From positions 1,248,001-1,312,000 of the forward strand of contig CAXXLL010000003.1 of the NCBI GenBank assembly GCA_963662545.2: a DNA stretch of 64,000 bases, given 5' to 3'. The DNA is from Gammaproteobacteria bacterium. Its GTDB lineage: Bacteria > Pseudomonadota > Gammaproteobacteria > Ga0077536. A program made the translations under genes and the position numbers. Within the stretch, counting starts at the first letter, position 1. Every line of letters begins with the position of its first letter. The notes below the pieces were generated by a model, which saw nothing but the letters and a program-made list of their open reading frames with translations, was not told the origin of the DNA and ran no database searches. Positions 50,386 through 60,493 of the stretch are shown piece after piece.

Positions 50386-51156
50386 TTGCTCGACATCGCC
50401 GGCCGCTGGTTCGAACGTAAACGGCTTGGCGGCAGCGTCACCTGTCTGTGGGAGCCGCACGTGCACCCGCTTCTGCGCTGCAATATCTGGCACGTAGACG
50501 GGCGGGACCGCAATCTGCTGGTCGACACCGGGCTCGGCGTGGCGTCGCTACGCGAGGCCATCGCCGATTTGATCGACAAGCCGCTCGATGCCGTGGCGAC
50601 CCACATTCACTACGATCATGTCGGTGGTCTGCATGAATTTGAGACCCGCCTCATGCATGAAGCCGAAGCCGCCCAAATGAATCCTTACGAGGAATTCGGA
50701 ACGCTCGAAACAGCCGATTTCGGAGAACTGCTTGCACTCTTGTCCGACGCCGGATACGCGCTCGAGAGCGATCTCCTGATCGACGCGCTGCCGCATGTGG
50801 GATATGAACCCGAATCCTATGCGGTCACTCCGACGACGCCGACCGGCACGCTCGCGCAAGGCGACGCTATCGATCTCGGCGACCGCCGTTTCGAGATCCT
50901 ACACCTGCCGGGACATTCCCGTGGAAGCATCGGCCTATGGGATGCTTCGAGCGGCATGCTGTTTTCCGGCGATGCAGTCTACGACGGACCGCTGATCGAC
51001 GTGTTGCCCGAAAGTGATATCGCGGATTACATCGTCACCATGAAACGACTCCGCGAACTGCCGGTAGAGATCGTTCATGCGGGGCATGAAGCGAGCTTCG
51101 GCCGCGTCCGCCTGATCGAGCTGATCGATGCCTATCTCGATAAGCGTGATGCTTGA
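50386..51156 (+). CDS. MBL-fold metallo-hydrolase
   Basis: LVDTG, THIHYDHVGG, PGHS, LFSGDAVYDG, HAGH; start uncertain. Confidence 0.9.
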   Translation: MLDIAGRWFERKRLGGSVTCLWEPHVHPLLRCNIWHVDGRDRNLLVDTGLGVASLREAIADLIDKPLDAVATHIHYDHVGGLHEFETRLMHEAEAAQMNPYEEFGTLETADFGELLALLSDAGYALESDLLIDALPHVGYEPESYAVTPTTPTGTLAQGDAIDLGDRRFEILHLPGHSRGSIGLWDASSGMLFSGDAVYDGPLIDVLPESDIADYIVTMKRLRELPVEIVHAGHEASFGRVRLIELIDAYLDKRDA

Positions 51157-51275
51157 CGTTCAAGCTACGTGCGTCCGCCAGTGGGAATTTGATCAACTAT
51201 TCATTGCCTGGGGCCCCTGGCGTCACGTTGCGGGCTTTGTTTGAACGCAGGGTGGAGTAGTTTCGAAGGTGGGTG

Positions 51276-51545
51276 CCTGCCATCCCTGGCGTTACGCAAC
51301 AGTCTTCGTTCAGCCCCAGCCCAGCCATCCATGGCTGGGCGCTCGCCGGGAGAAAGCCATGTTAAATGGCTTTCTCCTTACTCCGACTCGCCCCCAGCCC
51401 AGCCATCCATGGCTGGGCGCTCGCCGGGAGAAAGCCACGTTAAATGGCTTTCTCCTTACTCCGACTCGCCCCAGCCCGCACATCCTTGTGCGGGCGCGCG
51501 TCGGGAAAAAGCCACGTTAAGTGGCTTTTTCCCGACGCGCCCCAA
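51276..51545 (+). repeat. Tandem array of three ~79-bp double-hairpin units
   Basis: Two near-identical units (51313-51469) and a third variant with compensatory stem changes. Confidence 0.9.
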
Positions 51546-51573
51546 CCCTCTAAATAGGCAACCCGATTGCTGA

Positions 51574-52809
51574 TCAGTATTTCGGCGCCGCTTCTTCATA
51601 CGACAGGCCCACCGACGCAGCCTGGCGCTTCACCGTGCGGTAGAGCTTGTCGTCCAGGGAATCCTTGGCGCCGCCGTCGGCTTCGATCTTCTCGGTGATG
51701 TAGCTGCCGCGTTTTTCGGCGAGTTCCTTGATCTGGCCCTCGAGTTCGCCGCGCGCGGCGGCCTGCTTCATCACCACCGATTCGCGTTCCTCAGGCGCGA
51801 GGGCCTGCAACATCGCCGGCAGTTCTGAGACATCCATGTCGGCCATGTCCACGCGGCCCGCGACGACCGCGTCGACCAACTCGTTGTCACCGAGAAAATT
51901 GCGCTTGCCGCTCGCCGACGCGTTGAACGCGGCCCGGCGTGCGCGTGATTCGTCCGACGCTTTCGCATGCAGCTTGTCGGCTGCGGCTTTCTTCAAACGC
52001 TGCTTCGCTTTCTCCTCTTCGGTACCGAAGTAGAGGCGCGTATCGTCCAGCGCCGCGGACAGTTTCGCGATGTCGGCGTCGAAGGGCGTCGCGACCGCGA
52101 CTGCATTACCGTCCTGCGCGACGTTGAAGAAATCACCCTGGCTCAAAGCCGCGATGTGCCGCCACTGCCGCATGGTTGCGGGATTCTGTCCGGCTTGAAT
52201 GGCGTTGACGACGATACCGCGGGCCCTGGCGGCCTTGATCGTTTCCGGGTATTGCACCTCGTCGCGGTAATCCATGTGCGGCGGCGCGTCGCCGACCAGG
52301 AACACGACTTTGTAGGCATTTTGATCCTGGCTCCACGAAATGTCGTGGACCGCGTCGTATAGCGCCTTGTTCACGCTCTCCGGACCGTCGCCGCCACCGT
52401 CCGCGTGAAAATCCATCAACCGTGCATACATCGAATCGAGATCGTCTGAGAGATCGACGACCTGCGTGACGTAGGCATCGCCGCGATCGCGGTAGGCGAC
52501 GAGGCCTATCCTGATCGCGGGCGCCTGCTCGGCCTGCGCCATGGTCGTCGCGATCGACCAGATCTTCTCCTTGGCCGCCTCGATCAGGCCGCTCATGCTG
52601 CCGGTGGTGTCGAGTACGAAAACCACTTCGATCTTCGGGCGTTCGTTCATAGCAGGATCGATGACCGGCAGGAAGTTTGTGCCTGGATCGCCGATCGTGG
52701 CGACGATGGGATCGACCCCCGTCGCGGGATCCGATTGCAGCGCCGGGTAAAAGGCGATGACGGATGCGGTTGCCGCAAAAAGGGCAACGCCGATGAGTTT
52801 CGTTTTCAT
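51574..52809 (-). CDS. Exported von Willebrand factor A domain protein
   Basis: Signal peptide, VVFVLDTTGSMS (MIDAS), AYRDRGD, GGGDGPESV, GDAPPH. Confidence 0.9.
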   Translation of the reverse strand: MKTKLIGVALFAATASVIAFYPALQSDPATGVDPIVATIGDPGTNFLPVIDPAMNERPKIEVVFVLDTTGSMSGLIEAAKEKIWSIATTMAQAEQAPAIRIGLVAYRDRGDAYVTQVVDLSDDLDSMYARLMDFHADGGGDGPESVNKALYDAVHDISWSQDQNAYKVVFLVGDAPPHMDYRDEVQYPETIKAARARGIVVNAIQAGQNPATMRQWRHIAALSQGDFFNVAQDGNAVAVATPFDADIAKLSAALDDTRLYFGTEEEKAKQRLKKAAADKLHAKASDESRARRAAFNASASGKRNFLGDNELVDAVVAGRVDMADMDVSELPAMLQALAPEERESVVMKQAAARGELEGQIKELAEKRGSYITEKIEADGGAKDSLDDKLYRTVKRQAASVGLSYEEAAPKY

Positions 52810-52835
52810 ATCGATATCCTCTCCAGAAATTTGGG

Positions 52836-53399
52836 TTAACTGACAGTGTGTATGCGCCGCACAGCCGCTTCGGCGGTGCGCAAGGCGCGATCAAAGCCCT
52901 CGTCGAGAGATGTGGCCCGCTCGACTCGGTTTGATCGAATGACCTCGGGTATGAGGACGAACAGGGCCTGCAACAGGAATAGGATCCAGATGCTGAGCAG
53001 CACGCTGTGCGTATGGCGGGCCGTGGCGACGGCCGCGACTACGCTCAAGGCGCATAACGCCAGGTCCAGCAGGGCTGGCAACACGCTCGAATGGAAATAA
53101 AGCGAGCGGATCAGCCAGACCGTCGCGACGTGTGCGATGAGGAACGGCATGATGCCCGGCGCCAACAGCCAGGTGAGCACCGCCCCGGCCAACCACAGCA
53201 CGGGGACGGTTACCCTGCCCGTGCGCTCCTCACTGCGGGCGAGCAGATAGATCACGTACAGCCCGGCAAAGCCCGTGATCAGCGCTTTCAGAATGAAGCT
53301 CGATGCGTAGACCAGGGTCAGGGTGCTAAAAACGGCCGCACCGGTCACGGCAAAGCCGAGCGCGATCACGATGCCTTGAAGAAATGTCGGGCGTTTCAT
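52836..53399 (-). CDS. Membrane protein (about 6 TM)
   Basis: Hydrophobic segments; ATGA overlap with the pspA-like stop. Confidence 0.75.
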   Translation of the reverse strand: MKRPTFLQGIVIALGFAVTGAAVFSTLTLVYASSFILKALITGFAGLYVIYLLARSEERTGRVTVPVLWLAGAVLTWLLAPGIMPFLIAHVATVWLIRSLYFHSSVLPALLDLALCALSVVAAVATARHTHSVLLSIWILFLLQALFVLIPEVIRSNRVERATSLDEGFDRALRTAEAAVRRIHTVS

Positions 53400-53929
53400 G
53401 TGAGTGCCCTCCGCTGCTTTTCCTTGAGGTAGGCGATTTCGATCTCGTCTTCGCCGACGCTGATGTCGTAGGTCTGGCCTTCCGTGGCGGGTACTGCCTG
53501 CCCTTCGTCGACGAGGATGTCGAGTTTCTGGCGCATGCTCGCAAGGTGCCGCTGATTTTCACCGACGCTCGCCTCGAGCGTGTCGTACGCCTTCTGTGTC
53601 GCTTCGCGTTTTACGGCCGCCGTCTTGGCGCGACGTTCGGCCTCGAGTTTGCGCCGGATCAGACTACGAGCGAGTCCGTCCTCATCGGATTCGAAGCAGA
53701 CGTCGAGTTCTTCGTCGAGGGTTGCCAGAAGTTCCTCATCCGTGCGTTGTTGAACATCCAGTTTTTCCAGATCCTGGAGCAGGAATTTCGATCGCGCCTG
53801 CATTTTGGCGAGTTCGTCCTCCATTTCCCGGACGGCTTGTTTGAGCAGCACGTCGGGTTCCTCGATGCGATCGAGAACCGCGTGGAGATCTGCGGTAAAC
53901 AGTCGTGAGAAGCGATTGAGCAAAGCCAT
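53396..53929 (-). CDS. PspA/IM30 family protein
   Basis: MALLNRFSRLF...LDRIEEP..LLKQAVREME, EDGLAR, coiled coil; CAGGAG RBS. Confidence 0.85.
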   Translation of the reverse strand: MALLNRFSRLFTADLHAVLDRIEEPDVLLKQAVREMEDELAKMQARSKFLLQDLEKLDVQQRTDEELLATLDEELDVCFESDEDGLARSLIRRKLEAERRAKTAAVKREATQKAYDTLEASVGENQRHLASMRQKLDILVDEGQAVPATEGQTYDISVGEDEIEIAYLKEKQRRALT

Positions 53930-54029
53930 TTTGTGTACTCCTGAAATCGACCTCGTATTGAGTACGCAAAGTCTGGTTCGTTGCCGACTCGCGCGGTAGG
54001 CACAGTTTGGTAAAACTTCGCCCGCCGTG

Positions 54030-54046
54030 TTTACAAAACTTTTACA
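54030..54046. promoter_or_regulatory. Putative OmpR/PhoB-type direct-repeat binding site
   Basis: TTTACA-N5-TTTACA (11-bp period) in the divergent pspA/regulator intergenic region. Confidence 0.5.
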
Positions 54047-54108
54047 TGCGCCCAATCGCCTGGACTGATAGCCTTCTAGTCCCAATTCGAAGGACCGCGA
54101 AAACGGAC

Positions 54109-54810
54109 ATGCCCCGCAAACGCCGCCTGCTCGTCGTTGAAGACGAAGAAGCCATCCGCACCGGCCTGGTGGACGTCTTCATATTTCACGGTTACGAGGT
54201 TGAAAGCGCGGTGGATGGACGTAAGGGCCTCGAGAAGGCGCTCACGGGAAAATTCGACTTGGTCATCCTGGACGTGATGTTGCCGTCTATGAACGGCTTC
54301 GATATCTGCAACGAAATCAGGCAGGTCGACCGCGAGCAATTGATCATTATGCTGACCGCCAAGGTCAGTGACGAAGACATCGTCAACGGCTTGAAGCTCG
54401 GCGCCGACGACTACATCGGCAAACCGTTCGGTGTGCAGGAACTCGTGTTGCGCGTGGAAGCCGTATTGCGACGCGCCAAGGGTTCGGCGAACGCAGATGC
54501 CGTAATCAGACTCGACGGTGGATTGGAAATCGATACGCGCAACTTGAACGGCCGGTGCGGCGCCAAGGACATCGCATTCACCCGACGCGAGATCGAAATC
54601 CTCCAATACCTTGCCGCACATTCCGATCGCCCCGTCTCACGCAGCGAACTGCTCTCGGAAGTTTGGGGTTACGCCAGAAATCTCGATATCGAAACGCGAA
54701 CGGTCGACATTCACATCGCCAAGCTCAGGCGCAAGATCGAAACCGACGCGAAAGCGCCGCGCCGCCTGATCACCGTGCGCGGCGCTGGATACAGACTGGT
54801 CAGCGGCTGA
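54109..54810 (+). CDS. OmpR-family response regulator
   Basis: LVVEDE, LDVMLP, MLTAK, GADDYIGKPF, TRTVDIHIAKLR, TVRGAGY. Confidence 0.95.
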   Translation: MPRKRRLLVVEDEEAIRTGLVDVFIFHGYEVESAVDGRKGLEKALTGKFDLVILDVMLPSMNGFDICNEIRQVDREQLIIMLTAKVSDEDIVNGLKLGADDYIGKPFGVQELVLRVEAVLRRAKGSANADAVIRLDGGLEIDTRNLNGRCGAKDIAFTRREIEILQYLAAHSDRPVSRSELLSEVWGYARNLDIETRTVDIHIAKLRRKIETDAKAPRRLITVRGAGYRLVSG

Positions 54811-54814
54811 ACCG

Positions 54815-56926
54815 ATGTCTGCTGTGCTTCGCAGAGGCCTGACCGAGAAGCAGCTCAAATATCGGCTGCTCCTGTTCTTCCTGGCGCTGGCACTACCTGC
54901 AATGCTGCTCATTTACCGTGCTTACGGCCAGGTAAAATGGGAAGTATTTCACCAGTACCGCGTGCTGGCCGAAGTCCTATCGGCACGCATCGACGCTGAG
55001 CTGATCCGGCTCATCGATACCGAGGAAGCACGTTCGTTTACCGATTACGGCTTTCTGATCGTTAGCGGACGGCCTGGTTCGAACTATCTCGAGCGATCGC
55101 CGCTGTCGGGCTTTCCAGCCGACAGCAAAATTCCGGGTCTGGTGGGTTACTTCCAGGTCGACAGCGAGGGGGCTTTCGGTTCGCCCGTCCTACCCCGGCG
55201 CGATACAGCGCACGGCAATTACGGAGTTTCGAATGCTGAGCTCCGAGCGCGACAGGCCTTGAGCAACGAAATTCAAGCCATTCTGTCCCGCCCCGTCACC
55301 CGGCAGATCGAGCAGCGCGCCGACAAGGACGAGGCAGAGACCGTCTCCGAAGCGACTGCCGAAGCCCCCGCCTTATTCGCCGCGGCACCCAAGGCCAATG
55401 TCCTGGAAGCGACCGAACCAGCCAACGTCTTCGATCGACTGTCCCAGGCGGTAGAGGGTCCCTCGGAGCGCCAGGTCCTCAGCAAATACGGACGCGTCGC
55501 CGATCTAAAGCTCGACTCACGGCTCGAGAAGAAGAGCCGTGAACAAGCGAAGCGGGAATATCGCCCGTCGCTCTCACTATCGGCAGGTGGGAAACGCGCA
55601 AGCCGCAAGGAGCAGGTTGCCGTATACGAAGCGCCGCCGGCCGACGAAGAAATGCTGTTCGCGGATGATGCGCTGGATTCAAGAGCCGCGACGCCGGAGG
55701 GGACATCGGTCAGTGAAATCGCCGCGGCGCGGGTCGTCGACTCTCCGGGGACCCGCGTGCGCTTGTTTGAAAGCGAGATCGATCCCATGAGCTTTGAGGT
55801 CCTCGACGAAACATACTTCGTCCTGTACCGCAATGTCTGGCGCGAAGGTGAACGGATTATCCAGGGCGCTGTTATCCGGCGCGCGCCGTTTATCCGGGAG
55901 ATGATCGAAGCCGCGTACGAAAACGCCGCTGTATCCGCCATGAGCAATCTAGTGACGGCGTACCAGGGCGAAGTCTTGGCCGCTTTCGCGCGGCACGCAC
56001 GGGAATATCTTCCACGCAACGGCGAGCTGGCCGCTGAACTCCTTTACCGCGTCCGGTTGTCCTCCCCCTTGAGCGATCTCGAATTGATCTACAGCGTGAC
56101 CGAGCTACCGCTTGGTCCGAGCATACGCTTCCTCGCGTGGATGGGCCTGGCGCTGCTCGTGGTACTGACGGGCGGTTGCTACGCCATGTATCGGTTCGGC
56201 GTCGGACAGATGGCGCTCTACCGCCAACAGCAGGATTTCGTGTCGGCGGTAAGCCACGAGCTCAAGACGCCGCTCACCTCCATCCGCATGTACAGCGAAA
56301 TGTTGAAAAAAGGGTGGGCCGACGAAGATAAAAAAGCCGGCTATTACGCGTTCATTCACGATGAAAGCGAGCGCTTGTCGCGATTGATCGGGAACGTGCT
56401 GCAACTCGCGCGCATGACGCGCGGTAAAGTCGGTATCGATCTCAGGGAAATCGGCGTGGACGCGCTGCTCGATACGGTCGATCCGAAACTCGCGAGCCAG
56501 GTCCAAAGTGGCGGTTTCGAGTTACAGAGAAACTATGCTGAAAACGCGCTCGAAGCGAGCGTGACCCTCGACGGCGATGCCTTCACTCAGATCCTCATCA
56601 ATCTCGTCGACAACGCGATCAAGTTCTCCTCCGGTAACGGGCAAAAGCTGATCGACTTCGCTTGCATCCGGCAAAGCGACGATCGGATTCGCTTTACGGT
56701 GCGCGATTACGGCCCCGGCATAGAGCGGGACCAGATGCGAAAGATCTTCGAGCTGTTTTATCGTTCCGAGAACGAGCTGACGCGGGAGACGGTCGGAACA
56801 GGCATCGGTCTCGCGCTCGTGCACCAACTCACCTTGGCCATGAACGGCCGGGTGGATGTTATCAACCGGGATCCGGGTGCGGAGTTCAGCCTGACCTTCC
56901 CCATCGCGATTGCCGGCAGCGAATAG
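54815..56926 (+). CDS. Sensor histidine kinase
   Basis: Two TMs with a large periplasmic region; SHELKTPL, NLVDNAIKF, DYGPGI, GTGIGL. Confidence 0.95.
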   Translation: MSAVLRRGLTEKQLKYRLLLFFLALALPAMLLIYRAYGQVKWEVFHQYRVLAEVLSARIDAELIRLIDTEEARSFTDYGFLIVSGRPGSNYLERSPLSGFPADSKIPGLVGYFQVDSEGAFGSPVLPRRDTAHGNYGVSNAELRARQALSNEIQAILSRPVTRQIEQRADKDEAETVSEATAEAPALFAAAPKANVLEATEPANVFDRLSQAVEGPSERQVLSKYGRVADLKLDSRLEKKSREQAKREYRPSLSLSAGGKRASRKEQVAVYEAPPADEEMLFADDALDSRAATPEGTSVSEIAAARVVDSPGTRVRLFESEIDPMSFEVLDETYFVLYRNVWREGERIIQGAVIRRAPFIREMIEAAYENAAVSAMSNLVTAYQGEVLAAFARHAREYLPRNGELAAELLYRVRLSSPLSDLELIYSVTELPLGPSIRFLAWMGLALLVVLTGGCYAMYRFGVGQMALYRQQQDFVSAVSHELKTPLTSIRMYSEMLKKGWADEDKKAGYYAFIHDESERLSRLIGNVLQLARMTRGKVGIDLREIGVDALLDTVDPKLASQVQSGGFELQRNYAENALEASVTLDGDAFTQILINLVDNAIKFSSGNGQKLIDFACIRQSDDRIRFTVRDYGPGIERDQMRKIFELFYRSENELTRETVGTGIGLALVHQLTLAMNGRVDVINRDPGAEFSLTFPIAIAGSE

Positions 56927-57162
56927 CGGCGTGGAATCGAGCGTCCCACTCCCACTACGCGTGGAGGATGCCGCATTCCCGACGGGAACCGCATCCGTCG
57001 CGAAAGGGGGCGCCATGACATCGCGAGCCTTGCTTGCCGCGTTTCACATTTGAAGCCAGCCTAGCCATCATTGGTCGAGCGCTCGCTGGAAAAAAACTGT
57101 GTTAAACGGCCTTCCCCTCATTCTGGCTCACAAGCATGCGTCCGAATCGACAATCTATTCAT

Positions 57163-57984
57163 TCACTTGAGGCGCGTTTTCAGATCGGCCAAGCGTTCGG
57201 CCAGGCGATCGAACTCGCTTTCGCTGTGGTAACGCGATGCCTGGATGTACTGCGTCATGCCGAGTTCCGCACAGGCCGACAGCCGGTCTTCGGCCTCGGA
57301 CTGGTCTTCCGGAAGACCGCCGAGGACCACGATTTCAGGGCATTTTTTGCCCGCGGCGGCGGCCAGTTCCGACAAGGCTTGCGCCTTGGGGCGCAGCGCG
57401 TCCGCATCGAGGCCCATCGGCATCCAGCCGTCGCCCATCTGGACCGCCCGCCTGAGCGCCGGCGGATTCATGCCGCCGACGTAGATCGGGGGGCGCACCG
57501 GACGCGGACGAAACAGGAAAGGCTGGCCGTTCGACTCCACGATATCGTCGCCGGCATCGAAACAACGACGAATGAACGCGATGGTTTCGTCGGTGATGGC
57601 GCCGCGCCTGCTCCGGTCGACGCCGAGGGCCTTGAACTCGGGCTTCATCCAGCCGCAACCGACGCCAAAATGAAAACGTCCGCCCGAGAGTTCCTGGATC
57701 GTCGCCACCCACTTTGCCGTCTGCAGCGCAGGACGGTAAGGCAGCACCAATACCGACACACCGAGATCGATCGTCCGTGTGGCCGCCGCGAGAAAAGCGA
57801 GCGTGGCGAGCGGGTCGAGATAGCGGCCATCGGATCCTTCGGCATCATCCGGCGGAATCGCGATATGGTCGACCGTCCAGATGTGATCAAGGCTCAACTC
57901 CTCGGCGTAGCGAGCGCAATGTAGTAGACATTCGGCGTTCGCCTCGGGTCCCATGTTTCGCAGCATCGTGCCGATTTTCATCAT
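57163..57984 (-). CDS. LLM class oxidoreductase (F420-dependent type)
   Basis: HIWTVDHIAIP, DPLATLAFLAA, LSGGRF, PPIYVGG, GDGWMP. Confidence 0.88.
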   Translation of the reverse strand: MMKIGTMLRNMGPEANAECLLHCARYAEELSLDHIWTVDHIAIPPDDAEGSDGRYLDPLATLAFLAAATRTIDLGVSVLVLPYRPALQTAKWVATIQELSGGRFHFGVGCGWMKPEFKALGVDRSRRGAITDETIAFIRRCFDAGDDIVESNGQPFLFRPRPVRPPIYVGGMNPPALRRAVQMGDGWMPMGLDADALRPKAQALSELAAAAGKKCPEIVVLGGLPEDQSEAEDRLSACAELGMTQYIQASRYHSESEFDRLAERLADLKTRLK

Positions 57985-58244
57985 TCAATTACTAGCGTCG
58001 ACCCCTGAAACGCCCGCGCGGGTGGATTATACAAAGTTCATAGAGTAGCCGTTTGCAGCAGCGTAGCGGGTTCGCCATTTTGAGTCGATGATTTTGATGC
58101 GTGGGGAAATCCCTTTAACATCCGTGTCGAGGTGTCTATGCGTACGAATTACGAGACAGAATTCAATTCGCCCGCAAGCGAAGAGCCTATTGTGGATTTG
58201 TCCGTGTGATTACCGTTCAATACGATTCCATCATGGTGCGGCCG

Positions 58245-58742
58245 ATGAATCCCCTTCACTCGATCTACAAGCACTATGTAGTCTCGATCATTCTCACACT
58301 CGGATACTTTCTTACAGGCTGTGTCGGCAGCGACGACCCGCTGGAACGGTTTCGTGCCGGGGATTACGAAGCTTCTCTGAAACTGTTCGGCCCGCGCGCG
58401 GACGCCGGCGACCCGGCGGCCCGCAATTTCATCGGGATCCATTACTACCTCGGTTTGGGTGCGGATCGCGACCTCGCCGCCGCAGCCAAATGGTTCGAGC
58501 AGGCGGCATTAGCGCAGAACGCCGACGCGCAGCGCAACCTCGGCGTCATGTATCTGCGCGGATTTGGAGTCGCGCGGGATTACGGGCAGGCATATGGCTG
58601 GCTCTACCACGCTTATGTCGGTGGCAACCGGACGGCTGAACGGTATCTGGGCTTTACGGCCGACCTCATCACGCCGAACGCCAGCATGCAGGCACGCAAG
58701 CGGGTGGGCGCGCAGATCAAAGCGGCAGCCACCGCGCGTTGA
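58245..58742 (+). CDS. Sel1-repeat lipoprotein
   Basis: FLTGC lipobox; AQRNLGVMYLRGFGV and AAKWFEQAA repeats; start uncertain. Confidence 0.8.
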   Translation: MNPLHSIYKHYVVSIILTLGYFLTGCVGSDDPLERFRAGDYEASLKLFGPRADAGDPAARNFIGIHYYLGLGADRDLAAAAKWFEQAALAQNADAQRNLGVMYLRGFGVARDYGQAYGWLYHAYVGGNRTAERYLGFTADLITPNASMQARKRVGAQIKAAATAR

Positions 58743-58894
58743 GAGCTTACTCCCCGCCCTAGTGCCAGCTTGCGCTCAAGGCTTGCGATACTAGCCGCAA
58801 GCTTGTCTGGCGACGGTCGCGAACGATACGCGGTCGAAGCTACAGACGAATCCGGACGCCTTCCAGGAAGCTCAGGTCCGCGTACCCCGCCGCC

Positions 58895-59353
58895 TCAGCC
58901 GATCCGCTCCAGCACAATGACGGGGATCTCACGGTCGCCGGCCTTGACCTGGTAGTCGGCATAGGGCGGGTACATGTCGGTCATCTGTTTCCAGATCGCC
59001 GCGCGCTCCTCGCTTTCCGCAGTGCGCACGTTCGCTTGAAAAATATCATTGGCAACCTGCACGGTGACTTCACCCTGCGCCTTCATGTTGTGGTACCAGC
59101 CGGGGTGCTTGGGCGCGCCGCCCTTGGAAGCGATGACCGCATAGCCACCGTCGACCTTGCCGTAGAGCAGCGGCATGATGCTTTCGGTGCCGGATTTCCG
59201 GCCGGTTGTCGTCAATAGCAGGGTGGGCAGCAGTCCGGGGCCGCCGGCGGCACTCGAATCCCACATATGGCCCGCTTCGCCGTCTTCCTGGTATTGCTTG
59301 CGGTGTTTCGCGATCCAACCGGTGGTGCTCATTTCAATGATGGGGTCGGTCAT
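58895..59353 (-). CDS. Deazaflavin-dependent nitroreductase (Ddn) family protein
   Basis: LLLTTTGRKSG, IASKGGAPKHPGWYHN, YQ....REIPV. Confidence 0.92.
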   Translation of the reverse strand: MTDPIIEMSTTGWIAKHRKQYQEDGEAGHMWDSSAAGGPGLLPTLLLTTTGRKSGTESIMPLLYGKVDGGYAVIASKGGAPKHPGWYHNMKAQGEVTVQVANDIFQANVRTAESEERAAIWKQMTDMYPPYADYQVKAGDREIPVIVLERIG

Positions 59354-59462
59354 GTCTTCATCCTCCGAATTGTGGTTATGGGCGCATCGTACCGGATTCA
59401 ATGTCAGACTACTCCATCACAATGTGATATCAGATCCGACCGACGAAAAGGAGAAACCAGCC

Positions 59463-59783
59463 ATGCTCATGCTTTTCATAACTGACGTAGTCAAGCCCGA
59501 CGGGATGTCCAACGATGAATTTATCAAAATCTGGAACGATGAAGCGATCGCCGCGACGGCGGCGCTCAAGGAGGGCGCCATCAAGCATTTGTGGAAAACC
59601 GCTGGACAGTACCAGGTGATCGGCGTGTTCGATCTGCCGGACGGAGATGCGATGGATGCCGCGCTACACGCACTCCCGATCTGGCAGCAAGGTCATCACG
59701 AAATGACGCAGAACACCCGCTGGATTCCGCTGCGTCCATACGAAAACTGGGCCGCGGACCTGAAGGAGATGAGTAATAAGTGA
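59463..59783 (+). CDS. Muconolactone delta-isomerase family protein
   Basis: MLF, HLWKTAGQY...GVFD, ALP; AAGGAG RBS. Confidence 0.75.
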   Translation: MLMLFITDVVKPDGMSNDEFIKIWNDEAIAATAALKEGAIKHLWKTAGQYQVIGVFDLPDGDAMDAALHALPIWQQGHHEMTQNTRWIPLRPYENWAADLKEMSNK

Positions 59784-59833
59784 TCCCGGGCTCGACGCAG
59801 GGGGCGGCGGTATTTCCGCTCCCTCTGGCCGGC

Positions 59834-60493
59834 TTATGAGTTGATCGGTTTGCAATCCAGCAGCACTTTCCTCACCTTGTCGATGACGTCGGCCTCGCGG
59901 ACACCGCCGCGCAGCGAATCGCTCATCTCCAATTGCACGCCGCGGCCCCTCGCGCCCCGGTTACAGATGTTCCGTGGGTGCGTCCCCGGGTAGTCGTGAC
60001 CATCGGTATAGACCGGAACACCCGCGTTCCGGATCGCCTCAGCCACGCGGTGCTTCAAATCTTCGTCAAGGCCGCCGAGATACGCACACTCCTGGCTGAG
60101 ATGGCAGCCGTGGACGGCCAGGACAGTCGTGCAATCCGCGATAAGGCTCAAGCATGCGGGTTCGTCGAATCGATGGCTGGCGACGTGCAGCGGTTCGAAG
60201 CTGCCGTTCGAATCGAGTCCCTCGAACAGGTAGAGATTGAATTCGTCGCCCGCGATCGCGCGCGCGATGTGCGAAGTCCGCCGCTCGATACTGCCGGCGT
60301 GCGGCGCGATGACGGCGACCCGGCTGGCCGGTCGGCGCGTGACGGTGATCCGGTAATCGCGATCTTCGGTCTGTCGCGCGGCGAGTTCTGCAAAGTTCTG
60401 GTATTGATTCAATGGCCCTGCTGCCTCGAGCGCTAAAAGAGCGTTCCGGACCAAGAGACGGGTTTCGCTGCGCCTCCTCGGCCTTTCGTTCAA
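59834..60493 (-). CDS. Poly-gamma-glutamate hydrolase family (DUF867) protein
   Basis: APHAGSIERRTS, LHVASHRFDEP, VHG, NICNR, GVQLEMS; start uncertain. Confidence 0.8.
   Translation of the reverse strand: MNERPRRRSETRLLVRNALLALEAAGPLNQYQNFAELAARQTEDRDYRITVTRRPASRVAVIAPHAGSIERRTSHIARAIAGDEFNLYLFEGLDSNGSFEPLHVASHRFDEPACLSLIADCTTVLAVHGCHLSQECAYLGGLDEDLKHRVAEAIRNAGVPVYTDGHDYPGTHPRNICNRGARGRGVQLEMSDSLRGGVREADVIDKVRKVLLDCKPINS

Noticed and set aside
51313-51545. Possible CRISPR array
   Set aside because: Units are ~79 bp and contiguous with no unique spacers, and no cas genes are present.
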